The notes beneath the pieces were generated by a model. That model searched no databases, was not told the DNA's origin, and worked only from the letters and a program-made list of their open reading frames with translations. From Candidatus Saccharimonadota bacterium (lineage in GTDB: Bacteria; Pseudomonadota; Gammaproteobacteria; Enterobacterales; Enterobacteriaceae): DNA of 32,000 nt. The position numbers and the translations under genes are program-made. Location of the stretch: positions 210,001 to 242,000 of the forward strand of contig CP145874.1 in NCBI GenBank assembly GCA_041942055.1, read 5' to 3'. Below, in pieces: positions 22,101-29,811 of the stretch. Within the stretch, counting starts at the first letter, position 1. Every line of letters starts with the position of its first letter.

Positions 22101-22251
22101 CAGATCGTTGGATAAGATCATTAATGATCCTACCTTAAATAATAATGTTATTGCTACTGTGTTAGCTTTACAAGAAGATCCTACAAAAAATGTCTTATCA
22201 ATTCAAGAATGGCATGCCTTACTTAAAAATCATTACAATCAATTAAAATAG
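19192..22251 (+). CDS. carB: Carbamoyl-phosphate synthase large subunit, with a shortened and degenerate C-terminal allosteric domain
   Basis: 1019 aa versus about 1073 in E. coli. Both ATP-grasp halves are intact ([17 protein letters not shown]... and [17 protein letters not shown]...). The C-terminal approximately 90 aa align only in patches (see findings). Confidence 0.97.
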   Translation: MPKRTDIHSILIIGAGPITIGQACEFDYSGVQACKALREESYRVILINSNPATIMTDPCIADATYIEPIHWKIVTKIIEKERPDALLPTLGGQTALNCALDLDRYGVLKKFGLIMIGASIETIKTAEDRKLFKKAMKEIGLETARSYIAYNISDALRAVKTLGFPCIIRSSFTMGGSGSNIAYNMKEFTKYCKYALDLSPINEIIIDESLMGWKEYELEVIRDEKNNFVVICTLENIDPIGIHTGDSYIMSPTQTLTDKESQILRNDSSLILIKMKMKNGGANVQFAIHPKNGRIIVIEMNPRVSRSSALASKATGFPIAKLAAKLAVGYTLDEFDIGGVIPASFEPTLDYVVTKIPRFDFEKFVGSNDRLSTQMKSVGEVMSIGRNFQESIQKALRGLEIGVYGFNPKIDLKEPNAVLRIRKELKSPGADRFFYIADAFRMGFSVTEVFNLTGIDCWFLVQIEELVLIEKQILKQGLNGLQSSVLRHLKKKGFSDVRIADLVGSSEQKIRRLRQYYDIHPVYKRVDTCSAEFPSNSNYLYSTYEDECEANPQSNPNKIIILGGGPNRIGQGIEFDYCCVHAAMALRENGFEIIMINCNPETVSTDYDISDRLYFESITLEDVLQVVRIEKPKGIIVQYGGQTPLKLARDLYLEGVPIIGTSPDSIDRAENRALFQQTITKLGLKQPENVTVYTLEQAVIKSQEIGYPLIVRPSYVLGGRAMEIIYEEVDLKHYFNSAISVSSNAPVLLEKFLDNAIEVDVDAICDGKDVLIGGIMEHIEEAGVHSGDSACSLPPYTLNHVIQNQIRDQVIKIALEFSIKGLINVQFAIKNKIIYLIEVNPRASRTVPFVSKATGIPLAKIASLVMIGKSLLEQGFTKEIIPPYFSVKEVVLPFKKFSGSHPVLGPEMHSTGEVMGIAKTFPEAFAKAILGIGNSNSNNNYNYLNTKTNKVKTLDVAKQLLLQPEFQGKIRSLDKIINDPTLNNNVIATVLALQEDPTKNVLSIQEWHALLKNHYNQLK

Positions 22252-22254
22252 ACC

Positions 22255-22280
22255 ATACCTTATTAGGTATTTATTGATTT
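22255..22280 (+). terminator. Weak candidate intrinsic terminator after carB
   Basis: Hairpin ATACCT-tatt-AGGTAT (22255-22270) 4 nt after the carB stop, followed by T-rich ttattgattt. The stem is short with only 2 GC pairs, so this may be a chance structure. Confidence 0.3.
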
Positions 22281-22378
22281 CAACTTATTGAAGTTCAATT
22301 TTGCATGCATGATAAGGATACCAACTAATTTTTTAGTAAATACCCATAAATCTCTAAGATTATTACACAATTTTTTAG

Positions 22379-22630
22379 TTATGCATTAGGAATTTTTCCT
22401 TTAAATAAAAAATTGATCATTTCTTGTTCAAGAAAATTACGATCGGAAGCTTTTAACAAATTTAATTTCATTTCATTTATTATGATAGTTTGTTTTTCTA
22501 ACCAGTGTAACCATGCTTCTTTAGAAATGTGATTATAAATAATCTTACCTAAAAATCCAGGATAAAATTGTTTATCCTGGGCTTCAGCTTGACGTTGAAG
22601 ATATTTACAAAATATTATTTTGCTGTTCAT
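22379..22630 (-). CDS. yggX: Fe(2+)-trafficking / oxidative-damage protection protein YggX
   Basis: 83 aa. [42 protein letters not shown] matches E. coli YggX. Confidence 0.92.
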   Translation of the reverse strand: MNSKIIFCKYLQRQAEAQDKQFYPGFLGKIIYNHISKEAWLHWLEKQTIIINEMKLNLLKASDRNFLEQEMINFLFKGKIPNA

Positions 22631-22778
22631 TTATTGTTTCCAAATTATTTTTCATATCTCTTTAGAGATAGTAGATTTTATACTAAAAAAATTGTATAAC
22701 AACTTTGATAAGTTATATGGTTTTCTTATCTACATAAATAACCATTATTCAATTTTATATTAAGGAGGATAATATTAC

Positions 22779-24830
22779 ATGTGTAATAATCCATTATTAA
22801 AATCTTTTACATTTCCTCCATTCTCTATAATTAAATCTGAACATATAGTTCCTGCTATACAAACCTATATAGATCAGTATAAAACAGTTATAGAGAAAAT
22901 TATTAATAATAATCAAACACCTTATAATTGGAAAAATTTCTGTCAACCTTTAGAAGAATTATCATCGAATTTCAATGGTATTTTATCTATTATACGTCAT
23001 TTAAACGCAGTTAAAAATGATCTAAATTTTAGAAAAAATTATGAAAAATCTCTTTCTCTTGTAGTAAAATTTAATACATGGATAGGACAGCATAAAAAAT
23101 TATATGATGGATGGAATAAAATTAAACAGTCTCATAATTATGCTATTTTAAATAAAGCACAACAAAAAACTATCGATAATACCTTACGGGATTATGTACT
23201 ATCGGGGATAAAATTATCAAAAAGTAAGAAATGTCGTTATCGTGAAATAGTAGTACGTCTATCAGAGCTAAGTTGTAAGTATAGTAATAATATTTTAGAT
23301 GCTACTAAAGATTGGAATCAACTTATTACTAATCAAAATGAACTTTCAGGAATTCCAAAAAAAATTTTAGATTCCACATTTAAAAAAGCCGAAAAAAAAA
23401 ATTTGCAGGGATGGTTACTGACTATAGATACTCCTACTTATAGTTCAATAATTACTTATTGTGATAATCCATTCATTCGTCAGCAAATATATTATGCGTA
23501 TAATACACGAGCTTCTGATGTTGAACATAATTTAAGTAAATGGGATAATAGTGAAGTTATTGAAGAAGAACTAAATCTTAGATATGAATTAGCACAATTG
23601 TTAGGTTTTCATTCATATGCTGATTTATCTTTAGCTAGTAAAATGGCAGACAATCCTGAACAAGTAATATTATTTTTAAATCAATTAGTAAATAAAGTTA
23701 GACCGCAAGCTGAAAAAGAACTAATGCAGTTAAAACAATTTGTCAAGAATCACTATAATATTTCCGAATTACATGCATGGGATATGGCTTATTATAGTGA
23801 AAAACAGAAAAAGTATCTGTATGATATTCAAGATGAAGATCTTCGTTCTTATTTTCCAATAAAATCCGTCTTAAAAGGCATGTTTTCTATAGTAAATAAG
23901 ATTTATGGAATTAAAATTCAAAAACGCCACGATATAGATGTTTGGCATCCAGATGTTATGGTTTTTGATGTATTGAATGAAAATAATCAGTTATACGGTA
24001 GTATATATTTTGATTTATATAATCGTGATAATAAAATTAGTGGAGCATGGATGGATGTATGCACATATAAGATACGTCAATCAAATAATATCTTAAAAAA
24101 TCCGATAGCTTTTTTAACCACTAATTTTAGACCGGCCGCAAATGATAAAAATTATGTTCTTTTATCTCATAGTGAAGTTATTACATTATTTCATGAGTTT
24201 GGTCATGCTTTACATCATATATTAACAACAATAGAAGTATTTGGAGTTTCTGGTATTAATGGAGTACCATGGGATGCAGTTGAGTTTCCAAGTCAATTTA
24301 TGGAGAATTGGTGTTGGGAAAATGAATCATTATTATTAATTTGTAGACATTATAAAACTGGTAAAACTATTTCTCAAAAAATATTAGATAAATTGTTATC
24401 AATAAAAAATTACCAAATTGCATTGTTTATTCTTCGTCAATTAGAATTAAGTTTATTTGATTTATATTTACATACCGAATTCTCTCCAAAAGGAAATGCA
24501 AAAAAACAAATCTTAAAAATTCGTGAAAAAATACAACAAATTTCTGTAATACCAATACCTGAATGGAATCGTTTTTCACATTCATTTAGTCATATTTTTG
24601 CAAATGGATATGCTGCTGGATATTATAGTTATTTATGGGCTAACGTATTAGCTGCAGATGCATATTCTATGTTCTTAGAACAAGGAATTTTAAATTATGA
24701 ATTAGGAAAATCTTTTTTAGAAAATATTCTATCACAGGGGGGGTCTGAAGATCCTTTAATATTGTTTAAACGTTTTAGAGGACGCGAACCTCTAATTGAT
24801 GTAATGTTGAAATCTTATGGTATTCAGTAA
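22779..24830 (+). CDS. prlC: Oligopeptidase A (M3 family zinc metallopeptidase)
   Basis: 683 aa, collinear with E. coli PrlC from MCNNPLLKSFTFPPFS (E. coli MTNPLLTPFELPPFS). Zinc motif LFHEFGHALHH and the GYAAGYYSYLWA motif are present. SD AAGGAGG upstream. Confidence 0.97.
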   Translation: MCNNPLLKSFTFPPFSIIKSEHIVPAIQTYIDQYKTVIEKIINNNQTPYNWKNFCQPLEELSSNFNGILSIIRHLNAVKNDLNFRKNYEKSLSLVVKFNTWIGQHKKLYDGWNKIKQSHNYAILNKAQQKTIDNTLRDYVLSGIKLSKSKKCRYREIVVRLSELSCKYSNNILDATKDWNQLITNQNELSGIPKKILDSTFKKAEKKNLQGWLLTIDTPTYSSIITYCDNPFIRQQIYYAYNTRASDVEHNLSKWDNSEVIEEELNLRYELAQLLGFHSYADLSLASKMADNPEQVILFLNQLVNKVRPQAEKELMQLKQFVKNHYNISELHAWDMAYYSEKQKKYLYDIQDEDLRSYFPIKSVLKGMFSIVNKIYGIKIQKRHDIDVWHPDVMVFDVLNENNQLYGSIYFDLYNRDNKISGAWMDVCTYKIRQSNNILKNPIAFLTTNFRPAANDKNYVLLSHSEVITLFHEFGHALHHILTTIEVFGVSGINGVPWDAVEFPSQFMENWCWENESLLLICRHYKTGKTISQKILDKLLSIKNYQIALFILRQLELSLFDLYLHTEFSPKGNAKKQILKIREKIQQISVIPIPEWNRFSHSFSHIFANGYAAGYYSYLWANVLAADAYSMFLEQGILNYELGKSFLENILSQGGSEDPLILFKRFRGREPLIDVMLKSYGIQ

Positions 24831-24905
24831 AAATTAGACTGAGATAATTATCATTTTTTCATCATATTAATAGTCTCTTATTATTTAGAGAATCTAATAA
24901 ATAAA

Positions 24906-25178
24906 ATGGAAAGTTTTAGTAAAAATCCCGAAATACAACAATTAATTATTCATTCACATCGAATATTAAATACACTGGGAATACGTTGTCCTGAAACGAT
25001 AATGATACTTCGTAAGAATATTCGCAATATGCAAGTAAATGAAAAATTATTACTTATTACTGATGACACTACAGCTCTTAGAGATATTCCGATTTTCTGT
25101 GATTTTATGAATCATAGTTTAATTCATCAATATATTAAAGATATACCATATTATTTTTTTATTCAAAAAGGAAATTGA
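24906..25178 (+). CDS. tusA: Sulfur-carrier protein TusA (SirA/YhhP)
   Basis: 90 aa. LNTLGIRCPETIMILRKNIRNMQ..EKLLLITDD..ALRDIP.FC.FM.H matches E. coli TusA, including the active-site Cys in the (L/I)RCPE motif. Confidence 0.9.
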   Translation: MESFSKNPEIQQLIIHSHRILNTLGIRCPETIMILRKNIRNMQVNEKLLLITDDTTALRDIPIFCDFMNHSLIHQYIKDIPYYFFIQKGN

Positions 25179-25323
25179 CAATTTCAATAATTTCTTGAAA
25201 AAAAAGATTTTTTATTAAATATGAAAAAAAAATCAATTATACTAGTAGTATCTAAAAGAAGATTTTATTATAAAAACTTAGTCTTAGTATTATAATAATG
25301 TAATTATATAGGAGAATACCAAT

Positions 25324-25644
25324 ATGAAAGTTGATCCAATACTGTATCTATATAATATTCAATTTATGAATAATGGTAAAAATTATCAATTATATGTCCG
25401 AGAAATTTCTAATAGTAATTTCTTTGGTTTTCTAGAAATTGGTGATTTTGTTTTTACTACACCATCAACTCTTTTAGTAGATCCAGGAGTAGAAAAGTTA
25501 AAAAATGAATTCTCCAATGTAATACGAAGTTATATTCCAGTACAAACTATTAGTAGAATAGATGTTTTAAAAGATAATACTCAATCTTCTGGAAAAGATA
25601 ATGTAATTTTTTTCCCTTTTTGTCCTCCTAAAAAACCGAAATAA
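25324..25644 (+). CDS. Small conserved protein of unknown function (DUF1820-like, from memory)
   Basis: 106 aa ORF with a good SD (AGGAG 8 nt upstream). Soluble, no TM segment. The pattern Y.I.F.N.GK.Y.LY...........GF.E...FVF......VDP..EKLK.EF..V.R.YIP...I.RID, with a C-terminal F/P-rich tail ending P.KKPK, matches my recollection of gammaproteobacterial DUF1820 proteins. This could not be verified here. Confidence 0.7.
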   Translation: MKVDPILYLYNIQFMNNGKNYQLYVREISNSNFFGFLEIGDFVFTTPSTLLVDPGVEKLKNEFSNVIRSYIPVQTISRIDVLKDNTQSSGKDNVIFFPFCPPKKPK

Positions 25645-25664
25645 AGATCTAATCTTTAATATTA

Positions 25665-26237
25665 TTAAGAATGGCGTTTATATAAACAGTAATATGCTTT
25701 ACCAGCCATTCCGCCTCTATAAAAATGCCAGTTATAAGGAGTTTTAATATTGTAATTTTTTACATGTGTCTCTATATAAATCCATGATTCTTCCATTAGC
25801 CAACTATTTTCTTCTAGTAATGTAATCGTAGAATTAATTAATTGACTCTTAAATGGAGGATCTATAAATATTAGATTAAATTTTTTTTGATATGTTGATA
25901 ACCATTTTAATGTGTTACTATGAATAACATGCCCATTTTTAATTCCTAATATTAGAAGATTTTTTTGTATTTGAGTGACAATACTCTTATTTAACTCTAA
26001 TAAAGTTGCGGTAACAGCGTGACGTGATAATGCCTCTATAGATAAAGCTCCAGTACCAGCGTAACAATCCAGACAATGAGCAGTTTTTATATTAAATCCA
26101 AATGTTAACCAGTTAAAAAGAGTTTCGCGGATTCTATTGGAAGTAGGACGTAGGGGAGAGAATCTTGTACTAAAGATTATTTTACGGTTACGTAAATTAC
26201 CGCCAATAATTCTAATTTTTCGTAGGTTTTTGATCAT
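25665..26237 (-). CDS. rsmD: 16S rRNA (guanine966-N2)-methyltransferase RsmD (YhhF)
   Basis: 190 aa. RIIGG..R.RKI, the LD.YAGTGALSIEALSR SAM-binding motif and the catalytic DPPF motif are present. Divergent from ftsY as in E. coli. Confidence 0.92.
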   Translation of the reverse strand: MIKNLRKIRIIGGNLRNRKIIFSTRFSPLRPTSNRIRETLFNWLTFGFNIKTAHCLDCYAGTGALSIEALSRHAVTATLLELNKSIVTQIQKNLLILGIKNGHVIHSNTLKWLSTYQKKFNLIFIDPPFKSQLINSTITLLEENSWLMEESWIYIETHVKNYNIKTPYNWHFYRGGMAGKAYYCLYKRHS

Positions 26238-26308
26238 TTGGTATTTTTTTTAGTAAACTAAAATAATTCGGATTATACTCATAATAATATTAATATATAT
26301 TTTTAATT

Positions 26309-27427
26309 ATGGTAGTAAGTATGCTGATAAAAAATCGTTTTTTTAATCGGGGGGGGATTTATAATGATACCCAAAACCAACCAGCCAAAAATGAAGAACC
26401 AAGACAAGCAGATAAATGGATAGAAGAAAATAAATTCACTAATAATGAATACAGGCCAAACGGAAAGGTTTCTATTAATTCTAAGAATAAATCTTTCATT
26501 GATTCAGAAAGTTTGTTTTTAAGACTTAAACATCGGTTAAAAAAAACTAGTCAACAGATAGGAAAAGATTTAATCAATTTTCTCAAAGGTAATAAAATTG
26601 ATGAAGATTTATTATCTAAAATAGAAGATCATTTGTTAATGGCAGATGTTGGAATTAATACAGTTAATGAACTTATAAAAAATATAACCAATCATACTTA
26701 CAGTAAATCATCAAATGATATTGAAATTATTCATCGTATCCTAAAAAGCAAGATGATTCAAATCTTAAAAAAAGTGGAACAACCTTTAACTTTAGAACTG
26801 GAAAATCACAAACCATTTATTATATTAATAATAGGAGTAAATGGTACGGGTAAAACTACTACTATAGCTAAGATAGCGCACTTATTACAATATCAAAGTA
26901 ATAAATCGGTTATGTTAGCTGCTGCTGATACTTTTCGAGTAGGTGCTATTGAACAACTTAAACTATGGGGAAAAATTAACCAGATTCCAGTTATCTCTAA
27001 ACATATCAGAGCTGACTCAGCATCAGTTATTTTTGAAGCAATTCAATCTGCTAAAGCAAAAAATATAGATGTTTTAATTGCTGATACAGCCGGAAGATTA
27101 CCAAATAATTATCTTCTTATGGAAGAGTTGAAAAAAATTATTCGTATAATAAAAAAAATCGATGAAAGTGCTCCTCATGAAGTAATGTTAGTTATTGACG
27201 CTAACACCGGACAAAATTCTATTAATCAATTAAGATTATTTCATGAAGCTACGCATGTTACTGGTCTAACTTTGACTAAATTAGATGGAACAGCTAAAGG
27301 TGGAATCATTCTAAATTTGGCAAGTACATTTGAAATTCCAATTCGATATATTGGAATTGGTGAAGGTATTGAAGATTTACAAGGGTTTAGCAGTAATAAT
27401 TTTATAAAAGCTCTCTTTTCAGAATGA
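26309..27427 (+). CDS. ftsY: Signal-recognition-particle receptor FtsY (shortened acidic A-domain)
   Basis: 372 aa versus 497 in E. coli. The NG domain is collinear (GVNGTGKTTTIAK, DTAGRL, TKLDGTAKGG). The start could also be the ATG at 26321. Confidence 0.95.
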   Translation: MVVSMLIKNRFFNRGGIYNDTQNQPAKNEEPRQADKWIEENKFTNNEYRPNGKVSINSKNKSFIDSESLFLRLKHRLKKTSQQIGKDLINFLKGNKIDEDLLSKIEDHLLMADVGINTVNELIKNITNHTYSKSSNDIEIIHRILKSKMIQILKKVEQPLTLELENHKPFIILIIGVNGTGKTTTIAKIAHLLQYQSNKSVMLAAADTFRVGAIEQLKLWGKINQIPVISKHIRADSASVIFEAIQSAKAKNIDVLIADTAGRLPNNYLLMEELKKIIRIIKKIDESAPHEVMLVIDANTGQNSINQLRLFHEATHVTGLTLTKLDGTAKGGIILNLASTFEIPIRYIGIGEGIEDLQGFSSNNFIKALFSE

Positions 27428-27457
27428 GCTGAATCTGTAAATGGAAAATTAGACAAC

Positions 27458-27483
27458 CTTGAAATCTGCATATCCACCCACTT
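27458..27483 (+). promoter_or_regulatory. Sigma-32-like promoter motif upstream of rpoH (candidate)
   Basis: CTTGAA (27458-27463), 12-nt spacer, ACCCACTT (27476-27483). The -10 is the same CCCACTT core as the dnaK promoter -10 in this window. The spacer is 1-2 nt shorter than typical. It lies about 33 nt upstream of the rpoH ATG. Confidence 0.4.
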
Positions 27484-27515
27484 GCTTATTATAAAAATAT
27501 ACTAATGAGGAATAT

Positions 27516-28361
27516 ATGATCCAACGAATGAAGAGTTTAGCAATTGCTCCAATAGGAAGTTTAGATTGCTATTTGAGGGTAGCTAATTCTTATCCGATAT
27601 TATCAGTAGAAGAAGAAAGGAGACTAGCAGAACGATTACATTATTTAGGTGATTTAGATGCTGCTAAAACTTTAATTTTATCCCATTTGCGGTTTGTGAT
27701 ATATATCACACGCAATTATTCGGGTTATGGATTATCACAATCAGATTTAATTCAAGAAGGTAATATTGGATTAATGAAAGCAATTAGACGTTTCAATCCA
27801 GAAGTAGGAGTACGTTTAATTTCTTTTGCAGTACATTGGATCAAAGCTGAAATTCATGAATATGTATTACGTAATTGGCGCATTGTGAAAGTAGCAACTA
27901 CTAAAGCACAAAGAAAATTATTTTTTAATTTACGTAAAAATAAACAACGATTAGGTTGGTTTAACCAAAACGAAGTTGATATAGTGGCACGCGAATTAGG
28001 TGTTTCTAGTAAAGATGTACGTGAAATGGAATCACGTATGGCTGCTCAAGATATGAGATTAGACCTAAATCCAAATGACGAGAAAAAGGTATCTTCTCCC
28101 ATTTTATATCTACAAGATAAAACCTCAAACTTTGCTGATAATATTGTCGAATATAATTGGGAAAATCATGCGGCTATGAAATTAAACGATGCAATAAATG
28201 TTTTAGATGAACGGAGTCGAAATATTATTCGTTCACGTTGGCTAGATGAAAATAATAAAAAAACCTTACAAGATTTAGCGGCAGAATATGGAGTATCAGC
28301 AGAAAGAATACGACAATTAGAAAAAAATGCCCTGAAAAAATTAAAAAAGGCAATTGAATAA
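27516..28361 (+). CDS. rpoH: RNA polymerase sigma-32 factor (heat-shock sigma)
   Basis: 281 aa. The RpoH box [12 protein letters not shown] is present, and regions 2 and 4 are conserved ([34 protein letters not shown]). SD GAGGA upstream. Confidence 0.97.
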   Translation: MIQRMKSLAIAPIGSLDCYLRVANSYPILSVEEERRLAERLHYLGDLDAAKTLILSHLRFVIYITRNYSGYGLSQSDLIQEGNIGLMKAIRRFNPEVGVRLISFAVHWIKAEIHEYVLRNWRIVKVATTKAQRKLFFNLRKNKQRLGWFNQNEVDIVARELGVSSKDVREMESRMAAQDMRLDLNPNDEKKVSSPILYLQDKTSNFADNIVEYNWENHAAMKLNDAINVLDERSRNIIRSRWLDENNKKTLQDLAAEYGVSAERIRQLEKNALKKLKKAIE

Positions 28362-28410
28362 TCAAAATAGCTGTATTAAATTATAAGTTATTATAATTCA
28401 AGGACATTTT

Positions 28411-29352
28411 ATGAAAATTTCAATTATAGGTGCAGCTGGAAATATTGGACAAATAATATCACTGATTCTTAAAATAAAATTATTTCCGGGATCTGTACTG
28501 AATTTATATGATATTTCACCAGCTATCTTTGGTATTGCATTAGACTTAAGTCATATTCCCAATTCAGTTCAAGTACAAGGATTCAATCAAATTGAACCAG
28601 CTTTATATACATCAGATATAGTCATTATAACTGCAGGTGTTGCACGCAAACCAGGTATGGATCGTTTAGATTTATTTCATGCAAATGCAAGTATAGTGTA
28701 TACATTGAGTAAAAAAATTGCCTTAATTTGTCCTAAATCACTAATTATGGTCATTACTAATCCCTTAAATACAATACTTCCTATTGTAGCAGAAGTGTTA
28801 AAAAGATCTGGATGCTATAATCCAAAAAAACTTTTCGGAATTACAACCTTAGATGTAATTCGTGCTAATGCTTTTATAACCGAAGTTAAAGGACAATGTT
28901 TATCTAGTGATGTGAAAGTTATTGGTGGACATTCCAGTAGGACTATTTTACCTTTACTATCACATATCTCTGATATTAGTTTTACTGAACAAGAAGTAAT
29001 CAATATCACTAGACGTGTTAGAAATGCAGGTACAGAAGTGGTAAAGGCTAAAGTTGGTCATGGATCTGCTTCACTAGCAATGGGATACGCAGCTTCACGT
29101 TGGGTATTTTCTTTATTAAAAGCATTAAATGGAGCTTCTAATATTATAGAGTGTGCTTATATTGAAGGAGATGGTAAATATGCAAAATTTTTTGCTCAAC
29201 CTTTCATTTTAGGAACTCAAGGCATTGCAGAATTTTTACCAATTGAACCATTAAGTTCTTTTGAAAAAAATGCACTAGATGAAGTAATAAGAACTCTAAA
29301 AGAAGAAATTCAAATTGGTGAAGAGTTTATTAAAAATAAGCTTGAGGATTAA
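28411..29352 (+). CDS. mdh: Malate dehydrogenase
   Basis: 313 aa, collinear with E. coli Mdh (MK...GAAG.IGQ, GVARKPGMDR.DLF, ITNP.NT, IGGHS). Confidence 0.96.
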   Translation: MKISIIGAAGNIGQIISLILKIKLFPGSVLNLYDISPAIFGIALDLSHIPNSVQVQGFNQIEPALYTSDIVIITAGVARKPGMDRLDLFHANASIVYTLSKKIALICPKSLIMVITNPLNTILPIVAEVLKRSGCYNPKKLFGITTLDVIRANAFITEVKGQCLSSDVKVIGGHSSRTILPLLSHISDISFTEQEVINITRRVRNAGTEVVKAKVGHGSASLAMGYAASRWVFSLLKALNGASNIIECAYIEGDGKYAKFFAQPFILGTQGIAEFLPIEPLSSFEKNALDEVIRTLKEEIQIGEEFIKNKLED

Positions 29353-29358
29353 TGAAAA

Positions 29359-29793
29359 ATGAAAACTTTTATGGCCACATCAAAAAACGTCACACCCACT
29401 TGGTATTTAATTGATGCTACTCGTAAAAAATTAGGACGTTTAGCAAGTTTTTTAGCAATACGATTGCGTGGTAAGCATTATGTTGAATATACTCCTCATG
29501 TAGATATTGGTGATTATATAATTGTTATTAATGCGGAAAAAGTTATTATTACCGGGAAAAAATATGAAAAAAAAATTTATTATCATCATACAGGATATAT
29601 TGGTCATCTTAAGAAAAATACTTTTAAAGATCTTATAAAAAGTCATCCCTCACAAGTAATTGAAAAAGCTGTTCAAGGTATGTTACCCAAAGGGCCACTT
29701 GGACGTCTAATGTTTCGTAAATTAAAAGTTTACGCTGGTAACAAACATTTACATACTGCCCAAAAACCCAACCCAATAATTTTAGATATTTAA
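29359..29793 (+). CDS. rplM: 50S ribosomal protein L13
   Basis: 144 aa. MKTF....K.V...WY.IDAT.K.LGRLAS.LA.RLRGKH..EYTPHVD.GDYIIV.NA matches E. coli L13. The start is 6 nt after the mdh stop. Confidence 0.97.
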   Translation: MKTFMATSKNVTPTWYLIDATRKKLGRLASFLAIRLRGKHYVEYTPHVDIGDYIIVINAEKVIITGKKYEKKIYYHHTGYIGHLKKNTFKDLIKSHPSQVIEKAVQGMLPKGPLGRLMFRKLKVYAGNKHLHTAQKPNPIILDI

Positions 29794-29811
29794 ATTTAAT
29801 TAGGATCATTC

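Noticed and set aside
19192-22251. Internal repeat within carB: the N-terminal half ([17 protein letters not shown]...) and the second half ([17 protein letters not shown]...) resemble each other.
   Set aside because: This is the well-known ancient internal duplication of the two ATP-grasp halves of CPSase large subunits. It is not a recent repeat or a mobile element.
25221-25295. A 24-codon ORF (MKKKSIILVVSKRRFYYKNLVLVL) in the tusA to DUF1820-like gene spacer, beginning with an A9 tract.
   Set aside because: It is too short, has no Shine-Dalgarno, and is composed of AT-rich codons. It resembles a signal-peptide fragment but could equally be random. I would call it only with conservation or ribosome-profiling evidence.
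355-29646. Sixteen ORFs of 61-127 aa in the supplied track that lie inside, and mostly antisense to, the conserved genes. They are 355-576, 1388-1771, 3261-3503, 5410-5604, 9416-9634, 9930-10154, 10797-10982, 12315-12521, 12589-12840, 16536-16736, 17458-17652, 27241-27477, 28815-29009, 29452-29646, 31021-31215 and 31286-31501.
   Set aside because: Each is fully or largely overlapped by a strongly conserved gene in another frame or strand. Their translations are low-complexity or hydrophobic with no recognisable family features and no Shine-Dalgarno. Such shadow ORFs are expected by chance, since only a few dozen stop-free codons are needed.
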